Part shown: positions 1 to 9,275 of the stretch, one piece after another
How the letters are laid out: every line of letters begins with the position of its first letter
Numbering within the stretch: the first letter of the stretch is position 1
From: Candidatus Elulimicrobiales bacterium
GTDB taxonomy: Bacteria; Patescibacteriota; Minisyncoccia; Phycocordibacterales; UBA5272
NCBI GenBank assembly: GCA_034927475.1
Contig: JAYFPW010000004.1
Span: 1 to 52,662, forward strand
DNA: 52,662 bases
Direction of reading: 5' to 3'
Program-made: the position numbers and the translations under genes
Notes under the pieces: generated by a model
The model's input: the letters and a program-made list of their open reading frames with translations, nothing else
What the model was told of the DNA's origin: nothing
Database searches by the model: none

Positions 1-1
1 T

Positions 2-2911
2 GTTTGGTGTAACGATGGAAGCTATGCCGCAACCGCAGCAGCTTGTCCTCAATATAACTACAACCAAGGTGTCTGGTGTAACGATGGAAGCTATGCCGCA
101 ACCGCAGCAGCTTGTCCTCAATATAACTACAACCAAGGTGTCTGGTGTAACGATGGAAGCTATGCCGCAACCGCAGCAGCTTGTCCTCCTCAAGTAGGAT
201 CTACATACTATCCTAACTACTATACTCCTACTGTAATTTGTCCAGATGGATCTAGAGCAGACTATCAATGGCAATGTCCAAGTATATATATTCAACCTAG
301 TTATAATTATCCTATTTATCAACCTCCAGTTTATCAGCCTCCAATAATTACCCCTCCACCAACAGTGGTCGTACCAACTCCTACCTATCAATGTTGGGAT
401 GGAAGTATTGTCTATAATTTAGCTTTATGTCCTCAACAACTTCACACTTGTTGGGACGGATCTAAAGTTCCCATGAATCAAACCTGTCCTCAACAAATGC
501 AAATTTGTTCAGACGGTTCCAAGATTCCTATGAATCATACTTGTCCAGCTCCTATGCAAATTTGTTGGGACGGATCAAAAATTCCAGTTGGACAAACTTG
601 CCCTGTTCAATATCAAACTTGCCCAGATGGATCTAGAGTTCCAGTCACACAAACTTGCCCTGTTCAATATCAAACTTGTTGGGATGGATCTAGAATTCCA
701 ACTAATCAAACCTGTCCTCCACAAATGCAAACCTGTTGGGATGGATCAAAAGTTTACAATTTAAGCTATTGTCCACCACAAATTCAATATCAAACTTGTT
801 GGGATGGATCTAGAATTCCAGTTGGACAAACTTGTCCTGTTCAATATCAAACTTGTCCAGATGGATCTAGAGTTCCAGTAAACCAAACTTGTCCTGTTCA
901 ATATCAAACTTGTTGGGACGGATCAAAAGTTCAGGTTGGTCAAGCGTGTCCTACACAACTTCAAACTTGTTGTGATGGATCTAGATTTACAGTCACACAA
1001 ACTTGCCCTCAACAACTTCAAACTTGTTGGGACGGATCTAGAATTCCAGTCAACCAAGTTTGTCCTCAACAATATCAAACTTGTTGGGACGGATCTAGAA
1101 TTCTCATGACTCAAACCTGTCCTCAACAACTTCAAACTTGTTGGGATGGATCTAGAATTCCAACTAATCAAACCTGTCCACAACAATATAAAACTTGTCC
1201 AAACGGTGAAATTATTCCAGTCAATCAAACTTGTCCTTCAAAACCATTACTTACCTGTTGGGACGGATCAAAAGTTTACGATCTGGGATACTGTCCTCAA
1301 CAATATCAAACCTGTTGGGACGGATCTAGAGTTCCAGCCAATCAAACTTGTCCAACCCAATATAAAACTTGTCCAGATGGAACAAAAGTTTTAGCTACAC
1401 AAACTTGTCCAACCCCAATGCAAACTTGTTGGGATGGATCAAGAATTCCAGCAAACCAAACTTGTTCTGTTCAATATCAAACTTGTTGGGATGGATCAAA
1501 AATTCCGTTTAGTCAGGTTTGTCCAGCACAATATCAAACCTGTTGGGACGGATCTAGAGTTCCGGTAAATCAAGTTTGTCCACAACAATTTAAAAACTGT
1601 CCAGACGGAACAACTGTCCATGTAAATCAAACCTGTCCTCTACAAACTCAAACTTGTTGGGACGGATCAAAAATTCCTCTTAATCAAATTTGTCCAGTTA
1701 GAACTCAAACTTGTCCAGATGGTCAAATAATTCCAATTACTCAAACTTGTCCAACCCAAACTCAAACTTGTTGGAACGGATTAGTTATCCCTGTAACTCA
1801 AACTTGTCCAGCACAATATCAAACTTGTTGGGATGGATCTATTGTTCCAGTAAATCAAACTTGTCCAACTAAAACCAACACAACAGTAATTGTTAAAAAA
1901 GTTGAAGTTAGAGAACATGCTGTTATGACTGACCTTGCTACAAAAGTTACCAGGACTTCTGCTCAATGTAATGGAGTCGGACTTATTTCTGGAAGTGTAA
2001 ATTCTGTAGGATGGTTTGAATATGGAGAGACTATGGAAGTTAACAAAACTACAAACTCAGCTTCCATTGGCTCATCTTCTGAAGCTCCTTTCTCAAATGT
2101 TATAACCGGTCTTAAACCAAATACAACTTATTATTGTAGAGCTGTTATGGCTAATAAAGACGGAACATATAAAGGAAAGGTTGTTTCTTTCAAGACTTTA
2201 GGCGAAACTAAAGTTACCTACCCAGCTCCTAAAGCTCCAGTTAAACAAGCTCCAAAAACTAAAACTGAATTTGTTTGTGCTGACGGATCTATTGCTGTAG
2301 CTAGAACTGTCTTAGTTGGAGAGACAATTAATGCTGGAGGTAAACTGCTCAAAGTTAATATTGAAAGAAACGCTCCAGATCTACTTCAAAACTCAATTTT
2401 AAATTACAGAGTTACGATCAATAATACTTCCGATACAGCAGTCACTGGAGTTGAAGTAAAAGTTGTTTTACCTACAGAAATGACATTCGTTGACGCTACT
2501 ACTACTGGAATTGTAATTAGAGATAATATAATGACAATCCCAATGGGTTCATTAAATGCTGGAGAGGTTAAAACTCTGATTATCCCAGTTAAAGTTGATA
2601 AAGACGCTCCGGTAGGTAAAACTGTGGTTACTACGGTTTATGCTTCCTACGATCTTCCTGTAGAAGGATCACAAATTGTGAGAGATGAAGTTTCAGCTTA
2701 CATGATTGCTAACATTGTAGGAGTTGATGGTAAAACAGCAACCTCTTCAAAATCTTTCATTTCAAAAATCTTCCCTCAAACTCTTCTCGGATGGCTTGTA
2801 TTATTTGCAATCATTCTAGTATTAGTTGTTCTTCTTATGAATATCTTAAAATGGATAAATGATAGAAAAAGAGAAAGAGAAGAAGAAGTAATTCATCATC
2901 ACATTTCTTAA
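2..2911 (+). CDS. Large Cys-rich repeat surface protein (5' partial): about 30 C-x11-C modules, then FN3-like and DUF11-like Ig domains and a C-terminal TM anchor
   Basis: The frame of ORF 365..2911 is open back to base 2 (VWCNDGSYAATAAACPQYNYNQG...). 26 QTCWDGSxxPxxQTCP units; ITGLKPNTTYYCRA (FN3-like); YRVTINN...GVEVKVVLP (DUF11-like); hydrophobic LLGWLVLFAIILVLVVLLM near the C-terminus. Confidence 0.85.
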   Translation, partial: VWCNDGSYAATAAACPQYNYNQGVWCNDGSYAATAAACPQYNYNQGVWCNDGSYAATAAACPPQVGSTYYPNYYTPTVICPDGSRADYQWQCPSIYIQPSYNYPIYQPPVYQPPIITPPPTVVVPTPTYQCWDGSIVYNLALCPQQLHTCWDGSKVPMNQTCPQQMQICSDGSKIPMNHTCPAPMQICWDGSKIPVGQTCPVQYQTCPDGSRVPVTQTCPVQYQTCWDGSRIPTNQTCPPQMQTCWDGSKVYNLSYCPPQIQYQTCWDGSRIPVGQTCPVQYQTCPDGSRVPVNQTCPVQYQTCWDGSKVQVGQACPTQLQTCCDGSRFTVTQTCPQQLQTCWDGSRIPVNQVCPQQYQTCWDGSRILMTQTCPQQLQTCWDGSRIPTNQTCPQQYKTCPNGEIIPVNQTCPSKPLLTCWDGSKVYDLGYCPQQYQTCWDGSRVPANQTCPTQYKTCPDGTKVLATQTCPTPMQTCWDGSRIPANQTCSVQYQTCWDGSKIPFSQVCPAQYQTCWDGSRVPVNQVCPQQFKNCPDGTTVHVNQTCPLQTQTCWDGSKIPLNQICPVRTQTCPDGQIIPITQTCPTQTQTCWNGLVIPVTQTCPAQYQTCWDGSIVPVNQTCPTKTNTTVIVKKVEVREHAVMTDLATKVTRTSAQCNGVGLISGSVNSVGWFEYGETMEVNKTTNSASIGSSSEAPFSNVITGLKPNTTYYCRAVMANKDGTYKGKVVSFKTLGETKVTYPAPKAPVKQAPKTKTEFVCADGSIAVARTVLVGETINAGGKLLKVNIERNAPDLLQNSILNYRVTINNTSDTAVTGVEVKVVLPTEMTFVDATTTGIVIRDNIMTIPMGSLNAGEVKTLIIPVKVDKDAPVGKTVVTTVYASYDLPVEGSQIVRDEVSAYMIANIVGVDGKTATSSKSFISKIFPQTLLGWLVLFAIILVLVVLLMNILKWINDRKREREEEVIHHHIS
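5..188 (+). repeat. 69-bp tandem repeat, about 2.7 identical copies (23 aa unit)
   Basis: tggtgtaacgatggaagctatgccgcaaccgcagcagcttgtcctc recurs at 5, 74 and 143. Confidence 0.95.
389..1866 (+). repeat. Degenerate 57-bp (19 aa) tandem coding repeat, 26 units
   Basis: caaacttgttgggayggatc.. units counted in the translation. Confidence 0.95.
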
Positions 2912-2920
2912 AAAATAGAA

Positions 2921-2950
2921 AATAAAAACTCCCGTTCGGGAGTTTTTATT
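2921..2950 (+). terminator. Intrinsic terminator
   Basis: aataaaaactccc-gttc-gggagtttttatt. Confidence 0.8.
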
Positions 2951-3002
2951 TTTGTTAAATAATGATATATTTTTATAATAAAAATAATTTGTCTAGAATA
3001 TT

Positions 3003-3440
3003 ATGAACAAAGATTATATTCAAGTTAAAGAATCTGAATTAGAAAATATTGCTAAAGATTTTTCTATTCAGTTAACGGCTTTTTTTGAAAATAATAAAAG
3101 AGCCTGTATTGTTTTTTTAAAAGGAGATTTAGGTTCTGGAAAAACTACTTTCACTAAAAAATTAGGAAAAATTTTAGGTATTAATGAGACTATAATTTCT
3201 CCGACTTTTATCTTGCGTAAGGATTATGGAAAAATAATCCATGTCGATGGGTATAGATTTGAAAAAGAAGAAGAAGGTAAATCTTTAGCTTTAGATAAAG
3301 AACTTAACGATTCTGGGAAAGTTGTTTTAATCGAATGGCCAGAAAGATTTGTCGAAGCTATAAATTTAAAACCAGACTTTATTTTAGAGTTTATTTATCT
3401 AAATGACGAAGAAAGAAATATCTCTATTAAAACCATTTAA
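3003..3440 (+). CDS. tsaE: tRNA t6A biosynthesis ATPase TsaE
   Basis: GDLGSGKTTF Walker A, SPTF, HVDGYR and IEWPE motifs. Confidence 0.93.
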   Translation: MNKDYIQVKESELENIAKDFSIQLTAFFENNKRACIVFLKGDLGSGKTTFTKKLGKILGINETIISPTFILRKDYGKIIHVDGYRFEKEEEGKSLALDKELNDSGKVVLIEWPERFVEAINLKPDFILEFIYLNDEERNISIKTI

Positions 3441-3466
3441 AAAATGCTAAAATCAAGACAAGAGAT

Positions 3467-5923
3467 ATGAAAAAACGACTTGTCTTACTAGATTCTCACG
3501 CTTTACTTCACAGGGCTTATCACGCCCTTCCTGGCTTCTCTACGTATGACGGTCGTCCAACTGGAGCTTTATTTGGCTTTGTAAAAATGATTCTAAAAAT
3601 AAAAGATGAATTAAAGCCGGACTATTTAGTGGCTTGTTTTGATAGAAAAGAAGCAACTTTTCGCCACGAAACCTATGAGAATTATAAAGCTCATAGAGCA
3701 AAATCTGATGATGAGCTAGTTTCTCAATTAATAGAAGCACCAAGAATTTGTGAGGCTTTAAATATTCCTGTTTATTCTTTAGCTGGTTTTGAAGCTGATG
3801 ATCTTTTAGGGACCATTGTAGAAAATTTAAAAGAAAAAAATTTTCAAATGAACGGTGATACTTTTGAAATTTTTATTGCTTCCGGAGATTTAGACACTAT
3901 GCAACTTTTAGATAAAGAAGAAAATGTAAAAGTTTATACCTTAAAAAAAGGTTTAGGGGAGACAATTGTTTACAAATATCCTGATGTAGTTAAACGTTAT
4001 TCATTTACCCCAGAACAAATTTCAGACTTCAAAGGGCTTCGTGGAGATCCTTCGGATAATATTATCGGTATAAAAGGTATAGGTGAAAAAACTGCAACAA
4101 CCCTAATAAATCTTTTTGGAAGCATAGAGAATATGTATGATTTAATACATACAGATATTGAAAAATTTAAAAGTATTTGTAAAGAAAAAAAAGAAAATAA
4201 AATTACAGACAGAATTATAAATTTAATAATAGAAGGTGAGGAAGAAGCTCTATTCTCTAAAACTTTGGCCACAATTAAAAAAGATGTTCCAATTAACTTT
4301 ACAATTCCAGAAAAAGTCTGGCTAGAAAGTATTAATGAAGAAGAATTTAATAATATTTGTAAAGAATTTGAATTTCGAAGCTTTAAAAATGCTTTTAGTA
4401 AAAGTGGAAATAAAGTAAAAAATTTACCATTAGACGAAATAAAAATTGGAGGTCTCGATGCAGAATCTTTTAAAGAAACTATTGAAGCAGAAGAAGACTT
4501 AGCGGAGTTAAAAGTTTTAACCAATCTTTGGAATAGCGAAATTACTAATCCAAGTTTAGAGACTATTCTTGAATCAACTTCTACCGATGGAGCAGCTGAA
4601 GCAAAAGAATATTTAGAAGAGGAGTTAAAAAAAGAAAACCTTTGGGATCTTTACACTTTAATGGAAGAGCCTATCATTTCAATTTTAAAAACAATGAAAA
4701 AAAATGGAATTTTACTAGATAAAAATATTTTAAAAGAACAGAGTATAATTTTACATTCCAAATTAGAAAAAATTGAAAAAGAAATCTTTAAAGAAGCTGA
4801 AGAAGAATTTAATATTTCATCCCCAAAACAACTCGGGTATATTTTATATGAAAAATTAAAAATAGGAGAAAAAATAAAAAAGACCGCCGGAGGTGCTTTA
4901 ACTACCAATGCAGCACAACTTGAAAAATTAAAAGAAAATAATAAAATTGTAGCCAATGTCTTAGAACATAGAGAGTTAAGTAAACTTCTTTCGACTTATG
5001 TCGACACTTTACCAGCTTATGTTGAAGAAGACGGGAGAATACGTTCAACTTTTGTTCAATCAGGGACTTCGACCGGAAGATTTTCATCAGAAAATCCAAA
5101 CCTTCAAAATTTACCGGTCAAAAGCGAAGAAGGGTTAAATGTGCGCAAAGCTTTTATTACTGAAAAAGGTTTTAAATTTTTATCAGTAGATTATTCACAG
5201 ATCGATTTAAGAAGTGTAGCTATTTTATCTAAAGATCCAAATCTTTTAGAAATCTTTAAAAAAGGTACAGATGTTCACGCTGGAGTAGCGGCAAAAGTTT
5301 TTTCTATTGATGAAAGCGAGGTTACTAGTGAAATGAGAAGAAAAGCCAAAACCATAAACTTTGGAATTCTTTATGGTATGGGGGTAACAGCTTTAAAAGA
5401 CTCGATGCAAGTTGATAGAAAAGAAGCGCAAGATTTTTATGATGAATATAAAAAGACTTTTAATGTAATGATAGATTATTTAGAAAAAGTAAAACTTGAC
5501 GCCAAGAAAAATGGTTATACAGAAACTCTTTTTAAAAGAAGAAGACAAATTCCTTTGATGAATTCTAAATTACCTTTCTTAAAAGCCCAAGGAGAAAGAA
5601 TTGCTATCAACGCTCCAGTACAGGGAACTACCGCTGACATTTTAAAATTGGCGATGATTGATGTAGATGAATACATTAAAAATCAAGCTTTAGAAAAAGA
5701 TGTAAAAATTCTTCTTCAGATTCACGACGAACTTGTTTTAGAGGTAAAAGCGCAAATTATAGATAAAGTATCGGAAGACTTAAAAAATATTATGGAAGAA
5801 GTTCTAGAAAAAAGATTGGAAGATAAAAATTGGCAAAATATTATGCTACAAGATACAAACGCTTCACTGATTCCACTTAAAGTCGATGTTGAAATAGGAG
5901 ATAGTTTATATGAAGTAAAATAA
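3467..5923 (+). CDS. polA: DNA polymerase I
   Basis: N-terminal 5'-3' exonuclease (LLDSHALLHRAYHA, EADD, GDPSDNI). Family A motifs TGRFSSENPNLQN, DYSQIDLR, KTINFGILYG, QIHDELV. Confidence 0.97.
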   Translation: MKKRLVLLDSHALLHRAYHALPGFSTYDGRPTGALFGFVKMILKIKDELKPDYLVACFDRKEATFRHETYENYKAHRAKSDDELVSQLIEAPRICEALNIPVYSLAGFEADDLLGTIVENLKEKNFQMNGDTFEIFIASGDLDTMQLLDKEENVKVYTLKKGLGETIVYKYPDVVKRYSFTPEQISDFKGLRGDPSDNIIGIKGIGEKTATTLINLFGSIENMYDLIHTDIEKFKSICKEKKENKITDRIINLIIEGEEEALFSKTLATIKKDVPINFTIPEKVWLESINEEEFNNICKEFEFRSFKNAFSKSGNKVKNLPLDEIKIGGLDAESFKETIEAEEDLAELKVLTNLWNSEITNPSLETILESTSTDGAAEAKEYLEEELKKENLWDLYTLMEEPIISILKTMKKNGILLDKNILKEQSIILHSKLEKIEKEIFKEAEEEFNISSPKQLGYILYEKLKIGEKIKKTAGGALTTNAAQLEKLKENNKIVANVLEHRELSKLLSTYVDTLPAYVEEDGRIRSTFVQSGTSTGRFSSENPNLQNLPVKSEEGLNVRKAFITEKGFKFLSVDYSQIDLRSVAILSKDPNLLEIFKKGTDVHAGVAAKVFSIDESEVTSEMRRKAKTINFGILYGMGVTALKDSMQVDRKEAQDFYDEYKKTFNVMIDYLEKVKLDAKKNGYTETLFKRRRQIPLMNSKLPFLKAQGERIAINAPVQGTTADILKLAMIDVDEYIKNQALEKDVKILLQIHDELVLEVKAQIIDKVSEDLKNIMEEVLEKRLEDKNWQNIMLQDTNASLIPLKVDVEIGDSLYEVK

Positions 5924-5928
5924 AAACT

Positions 5929-6657
5929 ATGCTTTATATTATTTTTGGTACCAATTTCAAAAAAAGAGAGGTGGCTAGAGAGAAAATTAGAAAAACTCTT
6001 TCCTCAAAAAAGATTGATTTTGAAGCTCTTTTAGAAGTTCCTAAAATCAATAAAGAAAATTTTACACTTTTAGCAAATTATTTTGGGGGAGCATCTCTCT
6101 TCGGGGAAAAGGTTTTAATAAATGTTGAAGATATTTTAACCAAAGAAGATTCAAGAGAATATGTTTATAAAAATATAGAGGATATGATATACAGCGACAA
6201 TGTTTTTATTTTAGATGAGCCTTTCGCTCTCACTGCTACTTTTCAAAAACTAGAGAGAGATTTAGATAAATTAAATTTAAAAGAAAATCTTTTTGATTGT
6301 AGAGAAACTTTAACCGTAAAAGATGTAGAGCCTTTTTATTTATGTGAGCTTATAGAAAAGAGGGACAAAAAAGCAGCTTGGCAAGAATGGAAAAAGCTTT
6401 ATTTGGAATGGGAGGACTCGGAAGCCCAAGCAATACATGGAGCACTTTGGTGGAAATGGAAGATGATGTGGTCTGCGTATTTAGATGGGGACAGAAACAA
6501 TTTTTTCAAAGTGTATAGATTAAATTCTAAAGAACTTAAATACTCCAAAAAAGAATTAGAAGAATTTGGAAAAGAAATCTCTCTTATGGCTATGAAAGCT
6601 AATAACGGAGAGCTCGATTTAATGAGGGGAATAGAAAAATTTATCTTAAAAATATAG
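5929..6657 (+). CDS. Putative short DNA polymerase III delta-subunit-like protein
   Basis: MLYIIFG start and SLFGEK motif resemble HolA. Shorter than usual; follows polA. Confidence 0.5.
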   Translation: MLYIIFGTNFKKREVAREKIRKTLSSKKIDFEALLEVPKINKENFTLLANYFGGASLFGEKVLINVEDILTKEDSREYVYKNIEDMIYSDNVFILDEPFALTATFQKLERDLDKLNLKENLFDCRETLTVKDVEPFYLCELIEKRDKKAAWQEWKKLYLEWEDSEAQAIHGALWWKWKMMWSAYLDGDRNNFFKVYRLNSKELKYSKKELEEFGKEISLMAMKANNGELDLMRGIEKFILKI

Positions 6658-6757
6658 ATTAAGATAAGACATTTTGACCTTGACAAAATACTATTTAGGG
6701 TGTATACTTATATTCGTAGGTAGGTTTATAAGAATTATTAAGAATAGTAAAAAAAAT

Positions 6758-7222
6758 ATGAAAAAAGCTTTATTTACAATGTTTATTTTAGCATTCGCAG
6801 TAGTTGGGGCTTTATCTTTAGATAAGGTTGAGACAGCTGAAGCTGGATATTGTTACACAAGCGGTAGCTATTTAAATAGTTGTTATGGTAATAATTATTA
6901 CGGAAACGATTATTATGGTGGCTACGGAAATAGTTATGGTTATGGATACGGAAATTATGGATACAATTCATATTTGCCATATTCATATAACTCATACAAT
7001 TCATACTATCCATCAACATATTCATACGGTTCTTATTATCCTTCATACTCAAACTATTCTTCCTATCCATCTTACTATGGGGGTGGCTACACCAATAGCT
7101 ATTATCCTTTCTATACTGGCGGATACGGATACGGAAATAATAGTTATGGATATGGTTATGGATACGGAAATTATGGATACAATAATGGCGGATGGTACGG
7201 TGGAATCAATCTCAGTTGGTAA
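6758..7222 (+). CDS. Secreted Tyr/Gly/Asn/Ser-rich low-complexity protein
   Basis: Signal peptide MKKALFTMFILAFAVVGA then YGYGNY repeats. Own promoter (ttgaca 6680) and terminator. Confidence 0.75.
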   Translation: MKKALFTMFILAFAVVGALSLDKVETAEAGYCYTSGSYLNSCYGNNYYGNDYYGGYGNSYGYGYGNYGYNSYLPYSYNSYNSYYPSTYSYGSYYPSYSNYSSYPSYYGGGYTNSYYPFYTGGYGYGNNSYGYGYGYGNYGYNNGGWYGGINLSW

Positions 7223-7236
7223 TGAAAAAATAAAAT

Positions 7237-7277
7237 ACAAAAACAAAATCGCTCCAAGTGGGCGATTTTGTTTTTGT
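7237..7277 (+). terminator. Intrinsic terminator
   Basis: acaaaaacaaaatcgctc-caagt-gggcgattttgtttttgt. Confidence 0.75.
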
Positions 7278-7323
7278 TTCTAGACTTTTTTAAAAAAATT
7301 TGATATTATTACATAACAATTTT

Positions 7324-7396
7324 GCCCCTATAGCTCAGTCGGTAGAGCAGCTGCCTTTTAAGCAGAAGGTCGTAGGTTCGATTCCTACTGGGGGCA
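7324..7396 (+). tRNA. tRNA-Lys(UUU)
   Basis: Cloverleaf; anticodon loop cttttaa; T-loop ttcgatt; CCA not encoded. Confidence 0.95.
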
Positions 7397-7457
7397 CAAA
7401 CAAAACAGTTTTCTCCTAATTAAAATCTTGCGTGATATAATGTTTGTAATAAAACTT

Positions 7458-7715
7458 ATGTCTACTTTTTGGAAAATTTTTATAGGGTTTTGGGTAATTT
7501 GGCTTATTTGGTATTGGACTGGAGGCCCACAAAGAACTACAAATATCAAGCCTTATGTAAAGTATAACTACGATACTACCCAAATTCACAAGTCAAATAC
7601 AGATTTAGAAACTGGCGCAAGAGAAATGCTTCCAAAAGAGCCGCAAGTTAATTCTGGAGTTCAAATTATTGAAGACAATTTAGCAAACCCTTCTTTCACT
7701 CAGCCGGCTTATTAA
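7458..7715 (+). CDS. Small membrane-anchored hypothetical protein
   Basis: N-terminal Trp-rich TM (FWKIFIGFWVIWLIWYWTGGP); promoter tgatataat upstream. Confidence 0.65.
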   Translation: MSTFWKIFIGFWVIWLIWYWTGGPQRTTNIKPYVKYNYDTTQIHKSNTDLETGAREMLPKEPQVNSGVQIIEDNLANPSFTQPAY

Positions 7716-8615
7716 TTATTTTTGGCAAGTTTTACAAAAGACCGTTGTTCTTCCAGCGACTATTTCTTTTTGTAAAATATTTTTACAGATAACACATTTT
7801 TCTCCAGTTTTTCCATAAACTTTATGAAGTCTAGTATAGTTGCCCCGACTTCCGTCAGCTAAAAGATAATTATTCACAGAAGATCCTCCATGCTCTACAG
7901 CTAAAGCTAAAATCTTTTTTATATTTTTATATAAAGCAGAAATTTCTTTTTCAGTTAAAGTCTTACAGTTTCTATTAGGTAAAACTTTTGAAGCAAAACA
8001 TATTTCATCAGCATAAATATTACCAGAACCAGTCACGACAGATTGTTCAAGAAGGACAGACTTAATATTTTTATTTTTCTTTAAGATCTCTTTTTTAAAA
8101 TAGGCGAGAGTAAATTCTTTCTGAAATGGATCGAGGCCTATATTTTTAAAATGTCCAGACTCTTTTGCTTCCAAAATATTTTTATAATAAAGCACATAAC
8201 CAAACATTCGAATATCATTATAGAAAAGTGTCCCATTGTTTAAGGTAAAAATAATACAAGTATGCTTATTTGGTAAATCATTTAAATAACTTTCTGTAAT
8301 AGGGTGACCTCCTAGAGTTTTATTTTTCTTTTTATCGACAAAGACTAATTGCCCAGTCATTTTCAAGTGAACTAGCAAGATACTTTTGTCATCTAATTCA
8401 ATAATTAAATTTTTGGCTATTCTTTTTATTCCTGTTATTTTTTTGTTAGCAACATTTTTTATAAAAAGATCGGTTTTCTTTTTGGAAGCTATTCTTTTTG
8501 TACCGTTTCCAGCTATAATTTTGGGTTTTAAAATTTCTACGGAAAGTATTTTACTTCCTAAAATTTTTCTATTTAAACCAAGACGAATTGATTCTACTTC
8601 TGGTAATTCCGGCAT
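7716..8615 (-). CDS. mutM: Formamidopyrimidine-DNA glycosylase
   Basis: MPELPEVE, HLKMTG, GNIYADE and C-terminal zinc finger CVIC...FCKTCQ. Confidence 0.97.
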   Translation of the reverse strand: MPELPEVESIRLGLNRKILGSKILSVEILKPKIIAGNGTKRIASKKKTDLFIKNVANKKITGIKRIAKNLIIELDDKSILLVHLKMTGQLVFVDKKKNKTLGGHPITESYLNDLPNKHTCIIFTLNNGTLFYNDIRMFGYVLYYKNILEAKESGHFKNIGLDPFQKEFTLAYFKKEILKKNKNIKSVLLEQSVVTGSGNIYADEICFASKVLPNRNCKTLTEKEISALYKNIKKILALAVEHGGSSVNNYLLADGSRGNYTRLHKVYGKTGEKCVICKNILQKEIVAGRTTVFCKTCQK

Positions 8616-8616
8616 A

Positions 8617-9210
8617 CTATCTTAAATCTTTCAAAATTTCTCTAATGATTTCACTTGCTTGCATATTATTAAATATCTGAGCGTTATTTTGTTTTATGTC
8701 TTTAATAGCATTATTAACATCTTTTTCATTATAACCAAGAGAAATAAGGGCTAATTTTGCATCATTTTCTTCGGAGGCGTCTTCGGTAGTCATTTCTGCT
8801 TTTATGAAATGAGAAAGTTTTCCTTTTAATTCTATAACTATTTTTTCACAACTTCTCTTACCAAGACCTGGTATTCCGGAAAGTAGAGAAGCCTCACCAT
8901 TTTCTACAGCTAAGGCTATATTGTTTACATTTGAGACAGAGAGAATATTTAAAGCAGATCTCGGGCCTATACCAGAAACAGTGATAAGTTTTTCAAACAT
9001 TTGTAATTCTTCTTTTTCAACAAAACCATACAAGTCTATAGCATCATCTTTTACTACAGTATAAATAAAAACTTCCAAAGCATCTTTTTCGTTTTTTGAA
9101 AGTAAAGTATTTAAAGTTGTAAAAACTTTATAACCTACACCAGAAGAAGTTAACAAAGTTAAAGACTTTTCGTTTATTTCTATAATTGTTCCATTTAAAA
9201 AACCTATCAT
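8617..9210 (-). CDS. ruvA: Holliday junction branch migration protein RuvA
   Basis: MIGFLNG, GVGY, LYGF, VSGIGPRSAL, ALISLGY. Confidence 0.96.
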   Translation of the reverse strand: MIGFLNGTIIEINEKSLTLLTSSGVGYKVFTTLNTLLSKNEKDALEVFIYTVVKDDAIDLYGFVEKEELQMFEKLITVSGIGPRSALNILSVSNVNNIALAVENGEASLLSGIPGLGKRSCEKIVIELKGKLSHFIKAEMTTEDASEENDAKLALISLGYNEKDVNNAIKDIKQNNAQIFNNMQASEIIREILKDLR

Positions 9211-9275
9211 AAATATAAGTCAATTCTAACATTTTTAAAAAAAAGTGTATAATATGAATATTAAACAACAAAATT

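Noticed and set aside
15-197. 60-aa repeat ORF MEAMPQPQQ...
   Set aside because: Alternative frame of the 69-bp repeat; the Cys-module frame is continuous with the 365..2911 ORF.
389-1866. CRISPR array or DGR-like repeats
   Set aside because: Units are in-frame coding repeats with synonymous variation and no unique spacers; no cas or reverse transcriptase gene is present.
2921-2950. Recurrent aaaaactcc..ggagttttt hairpins (also near 9677, 31107 and 43523) as a repeat family
   Set aside because: All sit at transcript 3' ends and are adequately explained as intrinsic terminators.
6885-7283. Overlapping ORFs in other frames of the Tyr/Gly gene
   Set aside because: Low-complexity shadows; only the 6758 frame has a signal peptide.
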